Assembly (NCBI GenBank): GCA_051382305.1
Contig: JBBCAV010000163.1
Span: 1-13,891 of the forward strand
Reading direction: 5' to 3'
Source of the DNA: Bdellovibrionota bacterium FG-2
Lineage (GTDB): Bacteria > Bdellovibrionota > UBA1018
DNA: 13,891 nt
The notes under the pieces are model-generated. The model was given only the letters and a program-made list of their open reading frames with translations, did not search any database and was not told the origin of the DNA. Of this stretch, positions 6,179 through 13,891 are shown piece after piece. Position 1 is the stretch's first letter. Each line of letters starts with the position of its first letter. The position numbers and the translations under genes were made by a program.

Positions 6179-8038
6179 ATGAAATTAAAATCAAAATTGA
6201 GACCTTTAGGAGTGCTATTTTTCTTGCTAGGTGGCGCTTGGGTTGGCCTCGCGCTCGGGGCTGCGAAGATTACTTCGGTCGATTTTAAGAATGGCGAAAA
6301 TGAGGGCATACTTGAAATTCGTTCAGATGGTCCCCTGAGTTTTGAAAAACAGGAGAATGCCTCCGACAAACAGATCATTGTCGAGATCAAAGGAGCAAAG
6401 ATTCTTCCCAGTGCTTCACGAAAACTCGATACCTCCTCTTTTCCAGGAAACGTGAGTTTAGTGAGTCCATATCAGGTTGAGGGGCAAGAGGACACGGCGC
6501 GAGTCGTGATCCAACTCCGGCAAGAGGGGAGCGCTGAAGTCGCGCAGGACGGCAACATTTTACGCGTAAAACTTCCGCACGGCACGGACGTAGCTTCGTC
6601 ACAAGCTGCGAAAAGCCCCGCGACCCCAGAGGCGCCTCCTGTGGCGTCGGCTGCTGAACCAGATAAAACACTGGACAAAGCACCGGAAAAAGCATCGGGA
6701 GACAAGACACTTGACGTCTTTGCCGAGAGCCAAGCCACTCGCCGCTTTATTGGCAAGCCCGTGACGTTACAGGTTCGTGATGCCGACGTGAATGATGTGT
6801 TGAGACTGATCGCTGATGCCAGTGGTTTCAACGTGATTGTGGGCGATGACGTGAAGGGCAAAGTGACGCTTTCGATGGTTGATGTCCCTTGGGATCAGGC
6901 CTTGGATGTCGTGCTAAGAACAATGAAACTGGGAGCAGAGCGAAGTAACAATCTCCTTCGGATTGTGACGCTTTCAAATTTGACCACCGAAAAAACCCAA
7001 GAACTTCAAGCCAAAAAGGCCGCGCAGGCAAGTGCGCCTCGCGTGACGCGGGTGTTTCCGATTAGTTATGCTGATCCTAATGACTTGCAAGTGCTGCTGG
7101 TAAAATTTGGAGCGCAGCAGGGCAGTGGAGGCGGCACTGCCGGGGACGCAGCATCAGGAGGGGCTTCGGTCCAAGTGGATAAGCGAACTAACAATATTGT
7201 TGTCCAAGATATTCCCGAAAATATTGAACGAATGAAGAAACTCGTCGAACTGCTGGACACCCAAACACCTCAAGTGATGATTGAAGCGAAGGTTGTCGAA
7301 GCGTCGGAGAATTTTTCGAAGTCGTTGTCGGGAAACCTTGGAATCGGGGCGACTTCAGGAAAATATTTTGCCAGTGTGGGTGGGGGAGCCAACCCCACGG
7401 ATGCCTTGGTGGGAACGCCAGGGGTTTTTTCCGATGGAAACGCCATAGGGACCGGCCCGACGGGAAACAATCGGTTTGGGGTAAGTTTATTGGCTGGCGC
7501 CTTTCGCATCAACGCGCTCTTGAACCTAGCTGAAAGTGAGTCACAAATTAGGCTCGTTTCTGCGCCAAAGACAGTGGTGCTCAATAAACAAAGTGCGACC
7601 ATTGTGCAGGGAACTCCTGTGCTGGTTCCAAAAGGCGCGACCATTGCCGGAGTGGGCAATACGGTAATTCCGGAAGTCCAAAGTGCGAACCTGAGCATGA
7701 CCGTTAAGCCCACTGTGACTAATGACGGAAACGTTCTCATGGATCTCACCGTAACGCGTGACGTGCCTCAGTCGCTTGGGGGCGGACAAAGCGGAATCGG
7801 CTCTCGCTCGATGACAACGAGCGTGGTGGTTGAAAGTGGTACGACCTTGGTGATTGGCGGGATCTACACGATGCGGACGAATCAGGAGAGTTCGGGATTC
7901 CCTATCTTGCGAAAAATTCCTCTTATTGGGTGGCTCTTTGGGAGTGAATCCTCTGCGACAGACAAGTCTGAGCTTTTCTTTTTCATCACTCCAAGGATAT
8001 TGAATGTAAAAGAGGCGGGTATTTCAAGCCCGAGTTGA
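6179..8038 (+). CDS. pilQ: Type IV pilus secretin PilQ
   Basis: Signal peptide, one AMIN-like domain, Pro/Ala-rich linker, N0 domain (FIGKPVTL…VPWDQALDVVL), a second N-domain (VDKRTNNIVV), secretin core (QVMIEAKVVE, VKPTVT, TTLVIGGIY, GFPILRKIPLIGWLF, ELFFFITPRI). Confidence 0.97.
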   Translation: MKLKSKLRPLGVLFFLLGGAWVGLALGAAKITSVDFKNGENEGILEIRSDGPLSFEKQENASDKQIIVEIKGAKILPSASRKLDTSSFPGNVSLVSPYQVEGQEDTARVVIQLRQEGSAEVAQDGNILRVKLPHGTDVASSQAAKSPATPEAPPVASAAEPDKTLDKAPEKASGDKTLDVFAESQATRRFIGKPVTLQVRDADVNDVLRLIADASGFNVIVGDDVKGKVTLSMVDVPWDQALDVVLRTMKLGAERSNNLLRIVTLSNLTTEKTQELQAKKAAQASAPRVTRVFPISYADPNDLQVLLVKFGAQQGSGGGTAGDAASGGASVQVDKRTNNIVVQDIPENIERMKKLVELLDTQTPQVMIEAKVVEASENFSKSLSGNLGIGATSGKYFASVGGGANPTDALVGTPGVFSDGNAIGTGPTGNNRFGVSLLAGAFRINALLNLAESESQIRLVSAPKTVVLNKQSATIVQGTPVLVPKGATIAGVGNTVIPEVQSANLSMTVKPTVTNDGNVLMDLTVTRDVPQSLGGGQSGIGSRSMTTSVVVESGTTLVIGGIYTMRTNQESSGFPILRKIPLIGWLFGSESSATDKSELFFFITPRILNVKEAGISSPS

Positions 8039-8044
8039 GAAACC

Positions 8045-8677
8045 ATGGCGAAGTCGGAAAAATCAGAGATTCAGCCGCTTATCTATTCCTATCTCAAGAG
8101 ATATCAAGAGGACCCTTCTTCTCGTGTCTTTGCCCCTCTTGCTGAGGCCTACCGCCGGGCGGGCCTCATTGATGAAGCTATTGAGATTGCGCGCGAAGGC
8201 CTGCGCGTTCATCCCGCTTTTGTGGGCGGGCGAGTGGCTTTGGCTCGTGCTCTTTTCGAAAAGCAACTTTATGCCGAAGTGGTCGAGCAGATGGCGCCGA
8301 TCGTTCAAGATGTGCCCGATAATCTGGTCGCTCAGCGCTTATTTGCAGACTCTTGTTTGATGTTGGGTCGGCTGATGGAGGCTTTGTCTTCATATAAGAT
8401 GCTTTTGTATTTCGCGCCTCAGGATTTTGAGACTGCGCAGATCGTTCAAGAGCTTGAAGCAAATGCCTATCAGGGTGGGGCCTTAGTGCTTCAAACCGAT
8501 GCCAAGAAGACGGAACTTTCGGCCTTTTCGGTAAGGAGTGCTGGGGAGGCGATCGACGGGGACCCGGATACAAAGAAATCCCGTTGGATTGCCCAAATTG
8601 AACGGTTGCAGAATCTGCTGCAGAAGGTCGAGGGGTATCGCATTACTAATGCGATGCGCCAAGATCACAGCGCATAA
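8045..8677 (+). CDS. Cytoplasmic tetratricopeptide-repeat protein
   Basis: DPSSRVFAPLAEAYRRAGLIDEAI…GL…HP…GRVALARAL…PDNLVAQRL gives about 3 TPR motifs, followed by a C-terminal amphipathic helix. No signal peptide. Confidence 0.85.
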   Translation: MAKSEKSEIQPLIYSYLKRYQEDPSSRVFAPLAEAYRRAGLIDEAIEIAREGLRVHPAFVGGRVALARALFEKQLYAEVVEQMAPIVQDVPDNLVAQRLFADSCLMLGRLMEALSSYKMLLYFAPQDFETAQIVQELEANAYQGGALVLQTDAKKTELSAFSVRSAGEAIDGDPDTKKSRWIAQIERLQNLLQKVEGYRITNAMRQDHSA

Positions 8678-8706
8678 TTGACAATCTTACTTCATTTAGA
8701 TAGGAA
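8678..8706 (+). promoter_or_regulatory. sigma70-like promoter candidate upstream of efp (TTGACA-N17-TAGGAA)
   Basis: Perfect -35 TTGACA at 8678-8683 in an AT-rich 38-nt gap. The -10 is imperfect and overlaps an AGGA SD-like sequence. Confidence 0.5.
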
Positions 8707-8715
8707 TACCAAACT

Positions 8716-9279
8716 ATGTACGCAACAAATCAGTTTAAAAAAGGTTTGAAGGTTGAACTCGAAGGAGTTCCCTTTGAGATCGTAGATTTTCAACACGTCA
8801 GTCCTGGGAAAGGTCGCGCATTTACACGCACCAAGCTCAAGAATATGCTGAATCAAAATGTCATCGAACGCACCATTACTTCGGGCGATAAGCTCGATCG
8901 TGCGAACACTGAAGAAAAAGAAATGCAATTTCTCTATAAGAATTTAGAGGGTTACCATTTCATGAATAGTGCTAACTATGAGCAGGTTGTGCTTACCGAT
9001 GAGCAGTTGGGCCAAGACAAAGACTTTTTGATGGAGAACCTCACGATCAAAGTGATGTATTTCAATGAAAGACCGATTGGCGTTGAACTTCCAACTTTCG
9101 TGGTGCTTAAGATCACTTCCACAGAACCCTCGTTTCGTGGCGATACAGTAACCGGGGGAAGTAAGCCTGCTACGCTCGAAACAGGCGCTGTGGTTCAAGT
9201 TCCCTTTCATTTGAAGGAAGGGGATTTGATTAAGGTCGATACCCGGGACTACTCGTACAGTGAAAAAGCCAACAAATAA
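8716..9279 (+). CDS. efp: Translation elongation factor P
   Basis: 187 aa with [28 protein letters not shown]…[14 protein letters not shown]…IKVDTR. Confidence 0.98.
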   Translation: MYATNQFKKGLKVELEGVPFEIVDFQHVSPGKGRAFTRTKLKNMLNQNVIERTITSGDKLDRANTEEKEMQFLYKNLEGYHFMNSANYEQVVLTDEQLGQDKDFLMENLTIKVMYFNERPIGVELPTFVVLKITSTEPSFRGDTVTGGSKPATLETGAVVQVPFHLKEGDLIKVDTRDYSYSEKANK

Positions 9280-9790
9280 GCCTAAGAAACGGGGTGTTTC
9301 CCAAAACCCTCCCGCAGGATTTGAGCATATCGAGCGCTACGTCGCGCTGATGCGAAAACATGATTTGGCGGAACTAGATTGGGAGTTTGAGGGCGCGCGC
9401 GTTCATTTGCGCTTTAATTCGCCCGAAGAAAAGCCGTCACAACGGGGGCTTTCATTAGCCGCTTTAACGCCCCCTTTGCCTTTGCCGAGTGCGCCGCAAG
9501 CGCACGCAGTTCCCGAAGTGGTTTCGAAAACGCCTCAGCTTTCGTCTAATCAAAAACAAATCGTCTCACCGTTCGTGGGAACATTCTATCGAGCGCCTTC
9601 CCCCGGAGCGGACCCTTACGTTCGAGAGGGCAAAATGATTAAGCGCGGGGATGTGCTTTGTATCATTGAAGCCATGAAGCTGATGAACGAGATTGAAGGC
9701 GAGTTTTCGGGCAAAATTACCTCCATTCTAGTGGAAAATGGCCAGCCCGTTGAGTTCGGAGAGCCGCTTTTTGTTTTAGAGGTTCTGTAG
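9260..9790 (+). CDS. accB: Acetyl-CoA carboxylase biotin carboxyl carrier protein
   Basis: [13 protein letters not shown], biotinylation motif [24 protein letters not shown]. The N-terminal helix/strand region aligns with AccB. GTG 9260 is the only in-frame start upstream of it and overlaps efp by 20 nt. Confidence 0.96.
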   Translation: MKKPTNKPKKRGVSQNPPAGFEHIERYVALMRKHDLAELDWEFEGARVHLRFNSPEEKPSQRGLSLAALTPPLPLPSAPQAHAVPEVVSKTPQLSSNQKQIVSPFVGTFYRAPSPGADPYVREGKMIKRGDVLCIIEAMKLMNEIEGEFSGKITSILVENGQPVEFGEPLFVLEVL

Positions 9791-9797
9791 CGAGGTT

Positions 9798-11153
9798 ATG
9801 ACTCCTCCCTTTCGAAAAGTTCTGATTGCAAATCGAGGCGAAATTGCTCTTCGAATTATTCGGGCATGTCGCGAGCTTGGGATTTCGACGGTGGCCGCTT
9901 ATTCCACAGCGGATGCTGATTCGCTCCCGGTTAAATTCGCAGATGAAGCAGTTTGCATTGGTCCTCCTCATCCAAAATTCAGCTATTTAAACATGCCTAG
10001 CATTCTCTCGGCTGCGGATATCACCGGTGCGGATGCGATCCATCCCGGGTATGGGTTTCTCTCTGAAAATCCTGAATTTGCCAGACTTTGCGCGCAATGT
10101 GATATTACTTTTATTGGTCCCAGTCCTGAAAATATTGAAGCGATGGGAGTGAAGACCCGCGCGCGCGCTATTGCAAAAGAGGCTGGCGTACCCCTGCTTC
10201 CCGGAACGCTTGCCGCGGTCCCAGATTGCGATGCGGCGATTCAGGCCTCTGAGCAGATAGGTTATCCTGTCATTCTTAAGGCCTCAGGAGGGGGCGGGGG
10301 ACGTGGGATTTATGTCATCTACAATGCGGATCAGCTGCGTGCGGTTTTTGACCGCGCCTCTCTTGAGGCCCTCTCGGCCTTTGGGGATCGCGCAATGTAC
10401 ATTGAGAAATATTGTGAGCACCCTCGGCATGTGGAGATTCAAGTCCTGTGTGATCGCGAGGGTAACCGAATCGCCTTGGGTGAACGCGATTGCACGATCC
10501 AGCGCCGGCATCAAAAACTGATTGAAGAATCCCCCAGTCCTGTTGTGGATGCTTCGCTTAGGCAGGCCATGGTGAAGGCGGCCTTGAAACTTTGCGCTGC
10601 CGTAAAATACGATAGTGTGGGGACCGTGGAGTTTCTGGTCGATGAAAAGAAGAATTTCTATTTCATGGAGATGAACACTCGTATTCAGGTAGAGCATGCC
10701 GTCACGGAGATGGTGACGGGTATTGATTTGATCAAGGAACAGATTCGAATTGCGGCAGGTCAAGCGACCAAAATAAAACAATCAGATGTCGTGATTCGTT
10801 CGCATGCGATGGAATTTCGAATCAACGCAGAGGATCCAGATCGCTTTTTTCCGTCACCGGGCACGATCACTGCGCTTCATGTTCCGGGCGGCTTTGGGGT
10901 ACGAGTTGACTCGTTTGTTTTTGCGCAATACAAGGTCGTTCCCTTCTATGATTCGATGATCGCCAAAGTGATCGTGCATGCGCCAACCCGCGCAGAGGCG
11001 ATTCTTAAAATGCGTCAAGCTCTTGACGAGTTCGTGGTCGAAGGGATCAAAACAAACATTCCTTTCTATAAAAAGATCCTCGCTTCAAAGAAATTTAGGG
11101 ACTCGGATTACGATACGCATTTCTTGGAAGCCTTTCTTCCAAAATACGAGTAA
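9798..11153 (+). CDS. accC: Acetyl-CoA carboxylase biotin carboxylase subunit
   Basis: KVLIANRGEIA, HPGYGFLSEN, KASGGGGGRG, RDCTIQRRHQKLIEE, FMEMNTRIQVEH, RINAEDP, YDSMIAK. SD GAGGT; follows accB. Confidence 0.98.
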   Translation: MTPPFRKVLIANRGEIALRIIRACRELGISTVAAYSTADADSLPVKFADEAVCIGPPHPKFSYLNMPSILSAADITGADAIHPGYGFLSENPEFARLCAQCDITFIGPSPENIEAMGVKTRARAIAKEAGVPLLPGTLAAVPDCDAAIQASEQIGYPVILKASGGGGGRGIYVIYNADQLRAVFDRASLEALSAFGDRAMYIEKYCEHPRHVEIQVLCDREGNRIALGERDCTIQRRHQKLIEESPSPVVDASLRQAMVKAALKLCAAVKYDSVGTVEFLVDEKKNFYFMEMNTRIQVEHAVTEMVTGIDLIKEQIRIAAGQATKIKQSDVVIRSHAMEFRINAEDPDRFFPSPGTITALHVPGGFGVRVDSFVFAQYKVVPFYDSMIAKVIVHAPTRAEAILKMRQALDEFVVEGIKTNIPFYKKILASKKFRDSDYDTHFLEAFLPKYE

Positions 11154-11165
11154 AATTAAACTGTT

Positions 11166-12095
11166 GTGACAAACTCTAAGTCCTCTAAACCTCCACGCAA
11201 TTCGGAAGGGACGCGGATCGATCTCGGCGAAGATTTGCTTGATGATTCTCCGATTGTTTTGCCGGAGGTGCTAGAGGTTTCAGCGCCCTTAACGGCACCT
11301 CCAGAAACTTCTGATGACGAGTTCGAGAGCGCGCGCATTTTGCTCAGTGAAGGTCTGGTTGAAGATGCGAAGAAAATACTTCGAAAACTTCTTCGTAGCG
11401 ATACCGAAAAAAAGGGAAACACTGTCGCCGTTCGAGAAATGCTGGATCGTATTCAGAAAACCGAACTCGATGAGTTGATTCGTGGCAATGGACAGCTTCG
11501 CGCCCGGTTTCGAAGCTTAGGTCCCCTTGAGAAGGGAGCTTTGTCGGAAGTCGATTCAGAAGCTCTAATGCGAAAACTTGATCAAGATTTTGGCCTGGGG
11601 CTATTTCCGGATCGGACTTCAGAACAATCGTCGCATCCACTTGCACTTTTTGGCTCGCAAGAGGCCATGGATCAGTTTGCCACCAAGTTGGAGGGCGATC
11701 TCAAGGACGCATCGGTTCAAGATCGCCTCGATGTGGGGATCGCTTTTTTGGAAATGGGTCTCTATATCTTGGCGGGTCGTCAGTTTGAGGCCGCCATACG
11801 GATCGGGCATCCGCCATCCATGCCCGCCTTGGCTCTTTTGTCTTATGCTTGGCTTTTGGCGGAGAGGCCTTTTGAGGCGATCGGCGTTTTGCAGCCCCAT
11901 CTTGGAAAAACAGAACTTACGCAAGAGGAGAAACTAGAGTTTTTCTATTTGATGGGTCGTGCCCATGAGTCTTTGCATAAGCTTGAATCTGCATTCTTTT
12001 GGTATCAGAAGATTCAGGAAATGGATTATCATTACCGCGATGTGAGCGAACGAATGGACCGCCTAGTACGAAGCGCATCGGACGTAAAGGGATGA
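11166..12095 (+). CDS. TPR protein, Bd2492 / SgmX C-terminal-like (putative MglA-interacting polar protein)
   Basis: Acidic low-complexity N-terminus, a TPR-like unit (ARILLSEGLVEDAKKILRKLL), then three C-terminal TPRs (DVGIAFLEMGLY…F; FYLMGRAHE; DYHYRDVSERMDRL) resembling the recalled DLGIAYKEMGL…YRDV..R pattern of the SgmX family. Sits directly before a TamB-like gene. Confidence 0.7.
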   Translation: MTNSKSSKPPRNSEGTRIDLGEDLLDDSPIVLPEVLEVSAPLTAPPETSDDEFESARILLSEGLVEDAKKILRKLLRSDTEKKGNTVAVREMLDRIQKTELDELIRGNGQLRARFRSLGPLEKGALSEVDSEALMRKLDQDFGLGLFPDRTSEQSSHPLALFGSQEAMDQFATKLEGDLKDASVQDRLDVGIAFLEMGLYILAGRQFEAAIRIGHPPSMPALALLSYAWLLAERPFEAIGVLQPHLGKTELTQEEKLEFFYLMGRAHESLHKLESAFFWYQKIQEMDYHYRDVSERMDRLVRSASDVKG

Positions 12096-13891
12096 AAAAG
12101 AACGCCGTCTATCTCTTCTTGCTAGGGGTTATTCTCTCCATTATTGGGGTTTTGTTTTTCATTCAAAGCGCGGCTTTTGCACCGATTTTTAAGGGTGTTG
12201 TAACCCGTTTGCTGCCGGTAGATTCGGGGATTGACGGTGATTTTGAGGGGCTTTCAATAAAAATTTTTCCACCTGGTTTTAGGGTGATTAAGCCGAGCGT
12301 CGTTTTACGTGAGCGCAATATTCTACGCCTCCCTTCGGGTTCGCGCCTGCGGGCGGAAAGCGTGGACTTGGGTTTTTTGCCCTTTCAAATGCTGACCGGA
12401 AGCATTCGCATTCATTCGGTGCAGGTAGTGGGGGCGGATATTAGATTGGATCTTACGCAATCCATAGAATCCCCGGCATCCAAAGAAAAGAAAATCCACC
12501 TTGATGAGTTTCTCAACTTTCAAGTCGATTCTCTTGCCGTCGAGCGGACGCAAGTGGGGCTCGTTTTGCCCGATTCTGTCGGTGCGGTTGATTTTAAGAT
12601 TAACAAGGCTCAGCTGGAGCAGCGGGTTGTTAAGAACGGGAAAAAAGGTTTTGCACTTTTTTCCGATCTTTCAACGCTCAAGAGTGAGAAGTTAAGCGCT
12701 TTGGGTGTTTCTATACCCATGGAAGCACTCCAAATTGAAGCCCAGGTGGAGGCTGATCGGGTTGAGATTTCAAAGTTAGAGTTACGAGGCGGCGCACCTG
12801 GAGATGCGCACGTTGAAGCCGCAGGAGTAATTTCGGGCAATCTCTTTGACCCCAAGACGCTCACACTCGATCTGGATACAAAACTTGAGGCCGATCTTCT
12901 CGCCTTAAAGGAACCGCTGATGAAGTTGGGTCTTGGCAAAACTCTACCTGGGGGAGGGCTTTATTGGACCGGAAAAGTTCATGGGAATTTGCTGGAGTTT
13001 CCGCGATACGGCAGTGTTCAAGGACAAATTTCATTAAAGAACCTGCGCTTCAAAAGCTGGGAGGCTGATCAAGTCAGTGTGAATGGTGGTTGGTTGGGCG
13101 CAAAAGGGGGTGGGTTTCTCGCAATCGAAAAAGGTCTGATTCAAAGTCCTGAGCGCGCACGTGTTGGCGGGAATCAGCCGGGAGGGGGAGGCCGAATTGA
13201 GATCGGTGCTTTTAAGGTTCCCGTGAACAATCCGGCAAAGGAGCCGATTGAGATTCCTTTGAAACTCTCTCGGGCGCATTTGCATTGGTTAGCAGGCCCA
13301 GTGACTCGCGAGCTCTACCCCTTGGATGTTCGAGCAAGTGGGGAGGTAAATCTCTCCGTCCAAAAAGGTTCCGAGCGTTCGGCCCCCTGGCTAGTGATGG
13401 CGAGGGTTGATTTGGCAGCTACGGATTTGCAACTCGACAACCAAAGGCTCGGAAAAGTAAAAGCGTTGCGTTGGATTTTGAAAGTCTCACATGTTCAGAT
13501 CAACGGAGAAGTCGCAATCGATGCGGATGCGGTTCGAATGCGGGGGCCCTCGGGGGTCTCATTAAGTCTCGGGGAGACTCACTTGAATGTCGGCGGAGAA
13601 GTAAACTTCAAGGATGGCTTTGATCTTAAGGCCTCGGGGCCCGTGAACTTGTCAGATATCGGCGCTATCGCGCAAAAGCCTATTTCAGGAAAGGGTTCGC
13701 TTAAACTGCATGTGCATGGCCCCACTTCGAAGGTGTTTTTGGATTTTGATCCTGATTTAAAAGACGCTTCGTATTTGGGCTTGTATTTGGGCGACCTCAA
13801 GGGACGAATCACCTGGGATGATGATCCTTCCCATCTCATATTTTCTGATGTGCAGGCTAAGAAGGGGCGCACTTCTTATCTGGGTAAAGGG
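12092..13891 (+). CDS. tamB: AsmA/TamB-like (translocation/assembly module) protein, 3'-truncated by the window edge
   Basis: Absent from the ORF track. ATG 12092 (ATGA overlap) opens 600 stop-free codons to the window end: MKKNAVYLFLLGVILSIIGVLFFIQSAAFA…; N-terminal anchor, AsmA-like LRAESVDLGFLPFQMLTGSIRIHSVQVVGADIRL, then Gly-punctuated beta-strand repeats. The diagnostic DUF490 C-terminus is not in the window. Confidence 0.72.
   Translation, partial: MKKNAVYLFLLGVILSIIGVLFFIQSAAFAPIFKGVVTRLLPVDSGIDGDFEGLSIKIFPPGFRVIKPSVVLRERNILRLPSGSRLRAESVDLGFLPFQMLTGSIRIHSVQVVGADIRLDLTQSIESPASKEKKIHLDEFLNFQVDSLAVERTQVGLVLPDSVGAVDFKINKAQLEQRVVKNGKKGFALFSDLSTLKSEKLSALGVSIPMEALQIEAQVEADRVEISKLELRGGAPGDAHVEAAGVISGNLFDPKTLTLDLDTKLEADLLALKEPLMKLGLGKTLPGGGLYWTGKVHGNLLEFPRYGSVQGQISLKNLRFKSWEADQVSVNGGWLGAKGGGFLAIEKGLIQSPERARVGGNQPGGGGRIEIGAFKVPVNNPAKEPIEIPLKLSRAHLHWLAGPVTRELYPLDVRASGEVNLSVQKGSERSAPWLVMARVDLAATDLQLDNQRLGKVKALRWILKVSHVQINGEVAIDADAVRMRGPSGVSLSLGETHLNVGGEVNFKDGFDLKASGPVNLSDIGAIAQKPISGKGSLKLHVHGPTSKVFLDFDPDLKDASYLGLYLGDLKGRITWDDDPSHLIFSDVQAKKGRTSYLGKG

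Noticed and set aside
8045-8677. TPR gene after pilQ as the secretin pilotin (Tgl/PilF/PilW)
   Set aside because: Pilotins are outer-membrane lipoproteins; this protein has no signal peptide or lipobox.
449-13872. Numerous minus-strand and alternate-frame ORFs of 60-165 aa
   Set aside because: All lie on top of well-supported + strand genes and show no recognisable motifs; they are best explained as shadow ORFs.
1-13891. CRISPR array, tRNA/rRNA, IS or prophage, defence system
   Set aside because: No spaced repeats, RNA-gene signatures, transposase/integrase motifs or unexplained intergenic space. Nearly all bases are accounted for by pilus and housekeeping genes.

Overview
A gene-dense chromosomal window of about 50% GC (estimated by eye). 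It holds 15 co-directional (+ strand), tightly packed or overlapping genes and no recognisable mobile element, CRISPR array or RNA gene. Left part, a type IVa pilus biogenesis cluster: PilH-like ABC ATPase, PilI-like permease, prepilin peptidase pilD, a FimT/FimU/GspH-like pilin that has lost its prepilin cleavage motif, and pilMNOPQ. Right part: a cytoplasmic TPR protein, efp, accB, accC, a TPR protein resembling Bdellovibrio Bd2492 and the C-terminal part of Myxococcus SgmX, and a large AsmA/TamB-like gene (12092 to window end) that the ORF track missed because it has no stop codon in the window. Gene content and order suggest a Bdellovibrionota/Oligoflexia-like or related deltaproteobacterial-type organism (inference). 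Most interesting points: (1) the apparently non-cleavable minor-pilin-like protein; (2) the pilus machine and the putative MglA-effector/TamB genes in one contiguous locus; (3) several deviations in the alignment complex (PilM Asp-to-Ser in phosphate-1, PilN INLAT, Cys-free PilP); (4) sigma70-like promoters placed so that pilM and efp mRNAs would be near-leaderless. All family assignments come from motif recognition and recalled literature; no database searches were run.
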